In this document: positions 25,931-38,317 of the stretch, piece by piece | Layout: the number at the start of each line of letters is the position of its first letter | Numbering within the stretch: position 1 is the stretch's first letter | NCBI GenBank assembly: GCA_977020255.1 | Contig: CDROCS010003774.1 | Coordinates: forward strand, 62,001 to 126,000 | Direction: 5' to 3' | DNA length: 64,000 bases | Source of the DNA: Obrimoposthia wandeli | Lineage: Eukaryota | Translations under genes and position numbers: made by a program | Notes under the pieces: model-generated | Databases searched by the model: none | What the model was told of the DNA's origin: nothing | Seen by the model: only the letters and a program-made list of their open reading frames with translations

Positions 25931-26999
25931 AATTCACTGCCTATTTCAACTTTCGGCTGAAAATATCGTGTTGCAGAGCTGGATGGGCAACGATTGACGA
26001 CGACGAGACAATCGAATATTCAAACCTGCAAACCAAATATCTTTAATTAAATATAACAAATGTTCACAGGAAACTAGTTAAAATGAAGACATATTATTAA
26101 GCACAAAGCGCAACATCAATTACATGAGAAATTAATGAATTAGTTTTTTACTAAACTACAATTAATTCTTGATGAAACTTTCTGCCTGAAATATCTCACG
26201 CTTTGGGGTAGAGATTTACCACTTGCTGCTGTTTTGTTTTTCTTTAAAGATAGGAAACAAACAGTCTGGATCAATGGAACAGCATGCCCCAATAGCAGCA
26301 ATTACGTGAAGATTTCGCGATGGATTGAGATGGAATTCTGTAACAATTGCAATTAACAAACAACAATTGTAAATAAACTTCTGTAGAATTTATGTAAACT
26401 GCAAGTTTCTCTTTTGATTCATTAAAAGAAATGTCAACATATATGCTACTTATTTTAAAAGAGTAGTCATCATTAGAATTGAACAAAGCAAATGAAACTT
26501 CGTTGTTTTAATTGTAATAAAATTATATTATATCGATTGTGAAAATATCTGTGTTGAAAACAAAACTAAATATAATGTAATTTCCTTTTTGCATAAGCAC
26601 TAATTAGAAAGTTTCTGTTTTTGTAGAAACTCATAGTAATTAACAGTGTTATTGATCAAATATAAACATTTTTTATTTCTAATTATACATGACGTTTTAG
26701 AGAATTTTTCCAATTAAAAATATTAAATAGAGTAAATTGATATTTATTCATTTATATGTGGCACCCCAATGTATATAATTCATAAATATTAATTTATTTA
26801 AAACAGAAAATTCGCTTTTCCTGACGAGGTGTTTTTAAGACAAATCAGCTTTGAGAAGTCGTTGAGATGCTGGAAATTTAATTTGATGTTACATAAGATA
26901 ATTTTTATGCAACTTAAATAATTTGTCCCTGATATAATATACTGTAATAAAACAAACAACATTTATTGACGTGACAAAAATTATGAAGCACAGTACCTA

Positions 27000-27665
27000 T
27001 GAAATTTCACAAGGACCATAATAGAAAAAAACTAACCTCATAAGACCTATGTGTTAAAACATTAGAGAAAATCAATTTTATCCGTTCACACAAGATAGGT
27101 CATATAAATTTGAGTCAGCCTTAATGCACACATCCGTCAAGTTTCAGCTTCATAGGACTTAAAATCCAATCTGTCCTATAGAATCAATAATCGAAATATA
27201 CAAGGTGACACTTCTGAAGATAAAGATAATTGGAGATTCTTCGTGAACAGACAAATGATGAAGTCCATGCATGATGGTGCACCTCCTCACTGGAGTTTGA
27301 TTATAAGAAGTTTTTTGTATGAAATGTTCCAAAACACAGGGATGGGCCATGGATCGCCAACATGACCCAACTCCTTGTGATTATTTTCTGTGGGGTCTCG
27401 TAAAATCTGAAGTATATGATGTTAAGTTAAAGAGTGTGCTGGAACTCAAGAAAAAGATCAAAAAGGCTTTTCAGGTAGTAAACCACAATATGCTTTCGGA
27501 TGTCTTTTAGAATTATCACGGTCATTTTCATTGTGTATTTGAAGAACGCTATAAAAAATAAAAGCAAATGTTAAGTTTCAGAAATAAATTTGTTTTTAAA
27601 ATTTGTTCTTTATTTTTTTATTGATTACATTTTTAAATCTCTACTTTTAGAGTTGTCAGCCTGTA
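27000..27665 (+). mobile_element. Tc1/mariner-superfamily transposase C-terminal remnant with right terminus
   Basis: HDGAPPHW and PTPCDYFLWGLVKSEVY motifs; ends ...gtcagcctg|TA. Confidence 0.75.
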
Positions 27666-28551
27666 TTTGACCAACGTTTACTTCTAGGCTTATGCCAGTG
27701 GAGACATGAACCCTGCTTAAATATGAAACAATAATACATAAAATTATTTTTAATTACTAAATCTCTTAATTAATTCAATGCAAGTCATAGTAGTAACATA
27801 AATATACATAATGGCATTTTTGATGGTAAATATATAAGGTGAATAAATATTAGTAGACATATTGGTGCAGTTAAAATAATTTTTACTTAATAAACATCAA
27901 GAAGTCATTTTAAACTTCTTTTTATCATATCTATAAAAAAATTACATTATCTTATGTTAATCCTACAACAAAAAATTTCAACATTTACTGTTTTTATTCC
28001 AGTAAAATATATGTTTGTCGTCTTGAATATTACATAAAAAATCACTATTATTTTATTTATTTCGTAATTTAATTTGCCTAAATTTTAATTGTCAAACTTT
28101 TATGTGTCTCGAGAGTTTAGGGGAAATTTAACGTTTAGCTTGTAGCTCCTTTTCAATTGTAACTTCATCATTGACTTCACAGGATTTAATGATTGAGAGG
28201 GAAGGGTTATCCTTGAAAATGCATATAGAGACCATTAGTATTTTGTTCCTCAGTTCCTGCATGTAGATTATTTGGAACTCACAAAAAAAAATTCATAACT
28301 TTCATTCATTTTTTATTTAACTGTCTATTTATCAGACGTCTTTTCCAACTTTGTAACATTAAAAGAAATGCTGAAAACGTTAATTTTCGTTTCTCAATAA
28401 AATGTATTTGGTTTTTTATTTAAAAATCCCTTAAGCAGCTTGGTGTATTAAAAAATTGAATTCTGTTTGAATTATCATATTGTACAAATTTGTTGTTTTT
28501 GAAATCATGAAATTTTCTCTTCTATCTTATAACATAAACTTATTTTCTCAG

Positions 28552-28694
28552 AAACAAAGCTGAAAAGAAGGTGAAGGAGAACAAGGAAAATCTCAACCTG
28601 GGTCTTCAAATACTCGATAAATACAACAAAGAAGTGTTCCGCTTAGTGGAAGGATCAGAGGTGAAGCTGGATCTATCTCTTGTGGATTCTCGTG
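28552..28694 (+). CDS. ZP-domain protein, exon B (linker and start of ZP-C)
   Basis: Acceptor ttattttctcAG, donor GTgcgt; 143 bp, phase 2 to 1. Encodes (K)NKAEKKVKENKENLNLGLQILDKYNKEVFRLVEGSEVKLDLSLVDSR(G). Confidence 0.85.
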
Positions 28695-31600
28695 GTGCGT
28701 GTATTTTGGAAAAGAATCTTCGTGTAAATAAAGTATGCAGTAAAAATATCACAAAATATACATGTTTTTCTTACATTTGTGAACAAATAAATAGTTTTTT
28801 TTAATCATCACATGTAAAAATTCATTGGTTACTAAATTTATAAGGAATATGATACGAAAAGGCTTCATAAAATGTATCTATTATTAAGGGGCTTGATCCA
28901 TTGTAATTAGCATTAAATAATTTTATAGAATATCTATTTATTGTACACATTTAGCGTTATCCGTGTACGTTTATTTAATATAAAATTCTATTGTAATATT
29001 TAAATTTGAAACAAATATTATCTATACTAATGAAAGTGAATTATTTGTTCCATGGTTTTTAATTCACTTTTCTATGGATATCTTCTAAATTTTTATTTAT
29101 TCCCGTATGACTTCCTTTTAAATTTCTTTCTATCAATTGCTTTTAATATCAATAACGTTATTCAAAGTCTATATTCCATGTATTACTAATATATTTTGGA
29201 AATATAATCATCTGAGAAACATTAGATTTTTCGAATTTGATAATTCCAATTGTGATTATAACTTATAATATTAATTATTCTTAAATACATTTATACCTAT
29301 TTATCTGTTTATAAGGTTTAGGGTTTAAATATTATCTCAACTTTGCTTGACATTAAAGTAACTTCATTAAGTACGTATGTTTTTATATAAAATTATTTTT
29401 AAATACATAAATTTATGAAACTCTTAGCAACTAAACGTTAAAACAATATATTGTTTATAAATGTAATAATTTGATTGTCGTATAATATTTTAATTTATGA
29501 AGATCTTGTAAATATGAAGAAGATTTGTGATTTCCACTCCGGTGACTTCCCATGTTAGAAACAGTGTTTAAAATGTTGTTTTTTTTGTAAATTAAAATTT
29601 TTCATTATTTAAAAATCTTAAATGGAACATATATTAGATTGGTGATATTTTTTTCATCTTGGCAAATAGCGGTATTTCGAATATTTAGTGTTATTTCAAA
29701 TAATTAGGTTGTGTAAATAATCGGTTCCAATAATTTATAGCGTATCCTGTATTTGTTTATTCGAAATAATGACTGTGTAAAGTACAAAATAATCTTTTCG
29801 AATCATACATTACAGCAACTCATATACTATCTTACAATGTAAACATAGGACGGTCATGTTGTTATTTTCGTTTTAAGTTCTTAAATATACCATAACGAGT
29901 AGTACAAATATGCATCATTAAATCTAATTGGTAAGGAGATTTAAAAATGAATTAGTGTAATTGAATAGAAATCCAGCTGAATTAATTGAGGGATGTACAT
30001 CAAAGAAATAAGCAACATAGAACTTTTCTTTGGGTAATACTGGAATGGTTAGAATGCAAGCAATCTTCTTCAATTAACTATTGAATTGTGGTTTCTTTGA
30101 TCTACTCAGTTTCTATGTAGTTTGCCATGCGAATGTTTAAAAGAATCCAAGAAAAGGAAAGATGCTCAGAGAAGATATTTCTTTCCTGCAAAATAAATTT
30201 TAACTAAATGCAATTATCATTCAAAAAACATTCCGAGACATTATCCGAAGAAATCAATATATTATGATGTCTACCTCTTAATCTATTAGCAGTTATTTTT
30301 TAATTAATTATTTACGAAATACACTATAACGTTTACGTATCTGCATATGGAATGTAGATTGAATTGAAATGCAGAAAAAAACACTTCGAAATTAAATTGT
30401 TATTAATTTCTTTTAAGATTGTACATATAATTTAGATCTTTGAAACATATCAGGACGCATCTCAGTAGAAAATCCAAACTGGTCATTGAGAAATGCAGGG
30501 CACTAACACTGAGGATTAAATGAGCACTATTACTCTCTTCCTGTAAAATCCCCTTGTATGACCAAACACATTAAACAAGGCACCATGTTTCCAAGACACA
30601 GTATTCCTTTTTTTCTTTATTCGATATAGATTCACCTAACATTAACCTCAAATTTTCTAAATATCGAAACGCAAAACTTAGTGTATAGATTTATTAAAGT
30701 GACAAACCCAGTTCTAGACACAAATATGAAAAATCTTACCATGACAAACCCAGTAAGTATCCGACTGTACCTAAGTATTAGCTCCAAGTTATCGAGGATG
30801 ATTTCCTTGTTTGGCAAAGTTGAAACAGACCACGTATAAATATTTAATTCTAATAATGTTAGGTGGCTAATTTGAATAGCTGCATAAACTTATACTTTTT
30901 AAATTTTAATAAACAAATTCAAAGGTTCTGTGAACCAAGATAACAGTTCCATCACATGTGATTTGAATTTGAAACCACCAATGTAGTGTAATGAATTATA
31001 AATCTGGAACAAAAATACGGTTATTCATTTTTCATGAAAAGTTTAGTTTAATTGATAACGTGGTTAATAGTACTAAAATCGCTAACTTTTATTTTACAAG
31101 ATATTTCTTATGAAACCCAATAAATACAAAACCCATAAATGTTTCTTATATTTAATTATCTGTGTAAGAAGTAAAACCCTGCCATTTTTGTTTAGGTTTG
31201 GCATTTAGATCTTCAAAATCATGTTGAAACAACCAAAATCAATTCTTTTGTAAACAAAACAATTAAACATGTTGAAAACTAAAATTCTTGAATTTCATTA
31301 TATGTCCTCTGTAAAAATCTTTATATAACGTAATTTATTAATGTAATTTTATAAAATTGGGGCTCATTATGAAATATAATATTCATTTTCACCCTCATAA
31401 TTATGACGCACAACTTATGTTGATTTTGATTTAAATGAAATCACATTTTCTGAAATGTAAAGTCTTATTAATCAAATAACTATATGTTGAAATCACGACT
31501 ATTAAAGATGAATGAAAATAAAATTGAAACTATTATTGGGATCTAAGATAAATACAGTTTCATACGTCGGTGAAAGAAACATTGATTGTGTCTTTGATAA

Positions 31601-32143
31601 AAATACCAATAAATTGTCAAATTAATAAGTGATAAGAACAGTTATGCCAAAAACATTTTTCTAATGAGAAAATATATTTCTACTGAGTTAACAACAATGC
31701 TAGCGCATACGATTTTTACATTAAAACTTGAGTCTTTAAATTCTTTACCGATGAATATTTCAATCTATCAATCAAATCGTTAACATTAAGTGTTAATAAA
31801 ACCGTCAGAATTATCAAAATTAAAGAAAATTTGCTTGTGTACCATTGATAATTGGGATTTCCTTCAAAACAACCTAAATATGTATATGGTCATTTCAAGC
31901 CTAGAATATGTATATTCATTTCATAAGCAACAATAATGACTGTAGATTTATCAAGATATGCTCCAAAAACAAAGAGTCATGAAGTGTATGGTCCAAATTT
32001 TTACAACAAATTACCATTGAATATAAGAAACTAACAATTTTGAGAAATTCAAGAAAATATTCCGAAAAATAATGAAACACAGGAAACACTTTTGAGTAAT
32101 AAATTATAAATATATCATATATTAACGCTATATTAAATATATC

Positions 32144-32335
32144 AGTAGGTGGATGTGTCTGATCTAATGCACCCATCGCCCAGGGAGTACCCTGTCCTTT
32201 AAAATCATACATGTGTGTGAAGTGGAAATTCGGCGCAACGAGTCTCCTATTCATTTATGTCAATATTTACTGAAAAATATTTACTATTTACTAAGAGGTG
32301 GGTGGGGTGGATTAGACCAAACACATCGAACTACT
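32144..32335. mobile_element. Second, more diverged copy of the AGT...ACT MITE family (192 bp)
   Basis: Starts agtaggtggatgtgtctgatctaat, ends ggattagaccaaacacatcgaactact; shares ctgtcctttaaaa with 11849-12075; flanks tatatc / tatata (5/6). Confidence 0.75.
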
Positions 32336-33565
32336 TATATAAAAGTTATATAACATAAACAATAATATAGTATAATCCCATTAGATGGCCTTGTCGATAT
32401 AATGCAAACTTTGATATTAAGTACACATTCCACAGTCTCATCAACTGCTTTATTGATATATAATCTACATTTAAGGACTTTAGATTAATAGTGCATACGT
32501 ATTTAAATAATATGCATAATAATTTGCATTGTACAAACATCAACACAAATAAGTATAGATATTTCTGGAAATAAATAATTTAAAAGACATTAAGATCAAA
32601 ATGTATATTTTAATAATTTTCTATTTCCTAATACTAATTTTTAACAATTTCAAAAACCACAAACCCATATAAACGAAATTTTACTTCCAATTTCCAAGTT
32701 CACTAGAAATATTTCAAGGTTATATGTTTCGTTTAGGTCACATATAGTAAAAAATAGTTCGCTTGTTGCGTACTGAAATATTTTTTTCATTATTAAACTC
32801 AAATTGTTTATTTTATTGAGTGTTTTTATTATACAATTATATACACATATAAGTGTTATGGAAGTTAAAACTCTTGAAACTAAAATACTTTTAAACTCTC
32901 GATATAAGCCACAATTTTACAACTATTTTAAGTGTGTATTAAGACTTTTAACTGCACATGAAACCTATTAAAGATTGTGCATTATTTTAATCAGACTATG
33001 ATTAATTATTAAGAAATTAGACATGAAATTTTCTGAAACTATATGGCTGAATTTTGCATAAATGTTTACAAATTACCAAAAAATGGTTTACCTCCTTTAT
33101 AATAAATTGTTTGTATATATTTGTAAATACAAATGATTTGTAAATATTTTTAATAACAATAATATATTTAATATAGCGCTAATATCTAATAAGTAAATAA
33201 TTTATTATTCAAATGCGCTTCACGTTTTCAATTATCCTTCTTATAATTTTCGGAATAGTAAAGTCTGCAGCTGTTTCTTGAATGTTTCAACATTGTTTCA
33301 GCTTCTTCTATTAATCGGTAAATTCTTGTAAATATTCAGGGTAAAATTTTCAAATATTCCATGTCTTTGTTTGTTGTTTGAGTTTTTTTGAATAATCTGA
33401 AGATGATGTAAATATTTGGGCTTTTGTGTGAGAATATTTTTAAGTAGGATCATAAATTACTCTTTTTTTTTCATTGATCAGTAGCCACATGTACTATCAC
33501 CTTTATTTATTTCGAATATACTTCTGATGGATTTGTTTAAAAACGGTTGCAAGTAATTAGTTAAT

Positions 33566-33608
33566 AAGCTGGAATATTAAACAGTTAAGAATTAATAAGC
33601 GCATGCGT
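33566..33608 (+). repeat. 43-bp dispersed motif ending CGCATGCGT (copy 1)
   Basis: 37/43 ungapped identity to 42754-42796. Confidence 0.65.
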
Positions 33609-34540
33609 TAGTATTGTGACCTTTGAAGAAATTGTACAGTTGTGTGCTGAGGTTAGGAGAATGAAAAATGCACACGATTGTGTACGCTATTATTACAAGA
33701 ATCGCCAAAACTCAGACAGCACCCGCCAGCATTCCTAATGAGAGATGATTAGATTATGACCCACTGAGCGATTCGTCTCCACTGACTTCTCCTGCAGAAG
33801 CATTATTTGATTATTTCAACTATTATGTTTGAGCATATTACGTTCCTTATTCATTACCTCCAAATGTGTGTGTAAATTGTTTCGTCCTTAATTGAAACAG
33901 TATACACCATTCAAATCTGGATATTTCCTAGAAGAATGATTGTCTCGTTATTTTGATGTTTCTATTTCTTCAATCTGTATTTGCTTGTCACCTTTGAATC
34001 ATGTCATATAACAATTGATTAGTAGCATTACAAATGAATTTGACTTTTCCCCGTCGGATATTCCCCATCGATTTTTTGAGTTAGCATCTTCAAAAGGTAC
34101 TGCCTTACTCCGAACAGTATATATTTAGTCTTCCATTCATTACTAATTGCTTCAAATTACCTATCGATAATCGCGATGAAATATTCTGACAGGTACAAAA
34201 ATATATAGGCTTCACTGGCAATGACGATTTAATTTTACAAAATGTCTGCAAATGTGGGTAGGCACTCATCGCCTTATCGGGAGCAAGCACGTGTACCGGA
34301 ATAATCAGTAAAACCAAATACATGATAATTATATATACAGAATAATTAAACGATACAATAAAAAGGGTTTTGCACAATTCTTTGATGTTTTTCTAAAATT
34401 TATATAATTTTTTTTAGTTTGCTGTGTACTTAATTTCAAAGTGACATCAAAGGAGTTCAACTTACTTTATTTATTTTATTTTAGATTAATAAAATGTTTA
34501 CAGTTTACAAGTAAATAATCCTAATTGATATCCTCTAAAT

Positions 34541-34795
34541 CAGCGGTTCCAAACCTTTCTGGTGCAGTGACCCCTTGATAACATTTGCCAAGTTGCGGTG
34601 ACCCCAAGGATAAAATAATTTTATCAACACACAATTTGTTATATTTTAACTACAAAAAAATTATTGGCACAATGTAAACAACTTGAAACAATTGAAAAAA
34701 AAACCTTTTTAAAAGGCCTTGCTGCCTTAGGCGACTCCAGGCAAATTGTCAGGCGACTCCAGTTGGGGTCGCGACCCACAGGTTGGGAACCGCTG
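34541..34795. mobile_element. 255-bp non-autonomous hAT MITE (MER5/Charlie-like)
   Basis: TIRs cagcggttccaaacc / ggttgggaaccgctg; 8-bp TSD ctctaaat / ctctaaac (central TA); gacccc subterminal motifs. Confidence 0.88.
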
Positions 34796-35369
34796 CTCTA
34801 AACCTTATCATTTTAATTTTAATTGCTTAAAATAAGCATATTATTTGAAATATTACAAACCTAAAGCAAGATATTATCATTTTTATTACCGATTTCTCTT
34901 TTATAATATAATTACTTAATATATATAGAAGAGAAAATCAGTAATTCAATTCAGTATTTCAAATTATATGCATATTCAAGATATTTTAAAATGTGATTTT
35001 AAATAGGTTAAATTCAATATAGATTTTAAAAGTTATAATATTTGTTAAATATATAAATGTTAAAAAATTAAGTTTGAATTTGAAATAATTCAAAAGCATT
35101 AATATTATTAACTTTAGTTTTATTTATAGGAAAAAATAAATTGTACAACTTATTTATTAGCTTAGCCTACAGGCTTAAATCTAGAAAATATATAGGAAAC
35201 CTGTGTGACTATCAAATGAGCTCATAATGCATTTTGCACTCGGGGAATTGAGTCTTACTTTACTTATTTGCTTATACTACGTTTTAATAAAGTCTAGTAT
35301 AGAACTTTAGTGACCATCGTAGAGTACAGTCGGTAAACGAAAGAACTTATACAGTATCATAGATATCTA

Positions 35370-36560
35370 TTGGAACTTTCAGAAGTTATCCCAATGTATA
35401 AAGTATACCAAGACTTGTGTATGTATAATTTTGAAAATATTGTAAGCGTATATAAATTTACATACGAGCACGAAATTTTCTCTGTATACACACATGTATG
35501 GTTTCAAAAAACAGTGGCTTGCCTACCTTCTTCTAGGAAGTGGGAGAGTCCGGACATATTCATCTACTTACGGATAACATAAAATTATATGATAATGGAA
35601 CGCCTTGAAATGATACATAGAGATCTACACTTCAACCTTTAATTCAAGACCTGACAAAAGTGATAAAGCATATGAAGCTTGGTATATTATTGATCTGTAA
35701 TCTGTAATAAGCCATAGAACACGTTTGAGTATATACTTGACCATTTGATAAAGTTTTTGGGTAATCTCCCCATGAAGCTTTACATCAAGACTAAGCCTGT
35801 AAATGGGGATTCAACTGCAGGTAGGATCATTAGCTAAATACTGTAAACAAATAAATTATAGAGTTTTGGATTTCACACCTTTGTAATAAGAATTGCATGA
35901 TAGTGTAAATTGGTTCCGTAGCATGAATAATGTACCAATTGAAAATTAAGAGCAGTATATTGAGGCAACGAGTATTCATTTTTGCAATGAGAAAATAAGT
36001 TTACTTCTGCCAAATCGATATTAAGAGTTAATTTATGACGTACTCTTGACGTTTCTCTATTGCGAAAAATACATTGTTTCTGTGCATTATAAAATCAAAA
36101 ATGTAATACATATCAATAAAGAATGTAGAAGGGCTTCAAAACTAATGCACTAAATAATCTTTCTAATGCATGTCAGAGTTACTGATCAGATCACCACTGA
36201 ATGTGATATGTCTCGGGAAAGGTTAGTAACGTGATTCAGCGACTGTTGTACTACTGTATTCTTCTCCCAACTAAGGAAATATAATGAAGGTTAAATTTCT
36301 GCCTCTTCACAAAGATCACTGTCACAATACCAATATTACTGGCCTCACCTAACTGCAGGTTTCTACACTAAAGCTGATCAAAGCTGAATCCATATATGAA
36401 TCAAAACCATCAACGCACTCATGAACATCTTGATGAACAGTACATACAACTTTTCAGCGTCAGACTCCCTTACAATGGTGAAGATTTGGAAAGAACCAAT
36501 AGTGTCCATGGTTACATATACATTCTGGATGTTATTTCAAAAGAAAACTTTATTGAAGAC
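35370..36560 (+). mobile_element. Degenerate piggyBac (PGBD-like) transposase
   Basis: Ordered motifs LPSSRKWES, MERLEMIHRDLHFN, QPLIQDL, DHLIKFLGNLPMKLYIKTKP-KWGF (frameshift); weaker YYWP and CPWLHIHSGCYF near the end. Confidence 0.7.
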
Positions 36561-37129
36561 AAAGAAGATGAATATGGTGACTTTGAAGACCTTGAGCTTG
36601 TTTGTCCTTTTACTTATGATGATGATTACACCACAGTTATTCTGGGCTACACTAAGGTCTCAGCCTTAAAATAACATATATGTATCTTGATAATATACCA
36701 TATATCTTGTTGTATTTGTTAGATTACAGTTTCTAAATTATTTCTACAAAATCGAATGCAATTTCAGCATTCTTCCTTAGAGCAATATATTGTTACTGCA
36801 TCATTATCTGAAGATCTCGAAGATATTCTTAGAGGAAAATTATCTGAAACTTGATTATGTATAATTGGCAATTGAAAATAAAGCTTCTGTATAGACTAGT
36901 TAACAATTGGGCATTTATGATGCAATTTTCTCAATGTCCTAAAAATGAGTTCAATAATGGCGAACTATAGTGTATGGATTGTAAAGCATTTGCCCTGAAA
37001 TATGGAAAATAATTTTATTTGCAAATAAAATAAATAAAATCGAAGCATTTACATAAAACTATTATTTAATGCTACAGCCTGTGTTCAAAGAAAATTTATT
37101 AAATCGTTAATTTTTTTCATTAAAATAAT

Positions 37130-37405
37130 GTTGCAAATTTGTTCACTTTGAATTTTTCTTTTTATCAAACATCACTCTTTAACAGCTGATTGTACGATCT
37201 ATTGTATTTCTCGACGTACCTCCATTGCACACTTAACATTGTGATCTCAATCTATTATTTTCTGCTTCAGGGATTTGAGATTACGAAATATTTCGGTAAG
37301 CTCTTTTAGCGTAAATTCTTTGCTTGTTGCGTCAATTACGTCTTCTTCAGCGTCCACATTCTGTTCATATGGGTAGTGAATGTTTGTTATAATCTCTAAG
37401 AGTAC
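37130..37405 (-). mobile_element. Tigger/pogo transposase C-terminal remnant
   Basis: EEDVIDATSKEFTLKELTEIFRNLKSLKQKIID*DHNVKCAMEVRREIQ, like Tigger C-termini. Confidence 0.6.
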
Positions 37406-37662
37406 CATAGATAAGCATTGGTTTTAATTTGAGATCAACCAAATTTTGATATTTAATTGCCGATGTACTTAACCCCTTTCAAAAAGCGACCAGTCACTAA
37501 AAATTGGTTCAGAGTTATATTTCTATACTAAATCTTATATGTATATATAATCAATCAATAAATAAAGCATATTTAAGAGCACATGTCAATGTTACTCTGA
37601 CTTTGCCAAATTGTAAACTTTTAATTGTGATTTGTTATTGAATTATTTTATAGATCCAAATT

Positions 37663-38317
37663 ATCCTAGATTCTTGTCTATAACCGGGACTCGTGTATAT
37701 TTGTTTATAAAAATGCTTCGATAGATAAGTAGGGCTCATCGATAAGCCAGCAAATATTTTCGTAGACGAAAGAATTCATTCTTTTGTATGAACTCAGTTT
37801 TAATTTACGATTTTTCTGGATCTCACATCACAGAAAATGTATTCACAACGAGGACTGACAAAATTTCAGATTTTTTACCGATATCATTATTCAACAATTC
37901 CGAATCAATTAAAAAGGCGTATTATGCTGAAATATGTTAATTGGTCGAAGTCAATGGAGTGAAGTAACTGTAACTGCATTAAAATGGATTTAAAGCCACA
38001 AATATCTGAAAATATCCTCTCCAAACGCTAAAAACTGTGACATCTCATGCAGCTGATAGTGAAGAAGAAATCTTAAAAATCCGAAGAACTAATTGAATTT
38101 GAAATTCCAGAATTTTTAGCAAGTGGATTGATCTCTTTAATACTGAATCTGATAAAGATCTTGATGGCTTTAAATATTAAACGTGTATAGTTGTTTTTAT
38201 TACTATTTTTTATTACTATTTTTTACAAAAGCCGGGCTTATAAGCCACATATTTGGTTTTTCTTTTATACAACTTTTTTCTTAGAAAATCCGTGACTTAT
38301 AGACAAGAACATATGGT
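37663..38317 (+). mobile_element. Internally deleted pogo-family element
   Basis: Degenerate TIRs sharing ttcttgtctataa / ttatagacaagaa; subterminal ataagcc and ggcttata motifs; residual LFNTESDKDLDGFKY* C-terminus. Confidence 0.6.

Noticed and set aside
30680-30752. Exon-like segment ending CCA|gtaagt
   Set aside because: Its phase (1 to 0) is incompatible with exon C, and B splices to C in frame without it.
36396-36674. 92-aa acidic ORF (…EDKEDEYGDFEDLELVCPF…) as a gene
   Set aside because: It overlaps the 3' end of the piggyBac remnant, has no splice signals and matches no family I recognise. A BLASTP search would settle it.
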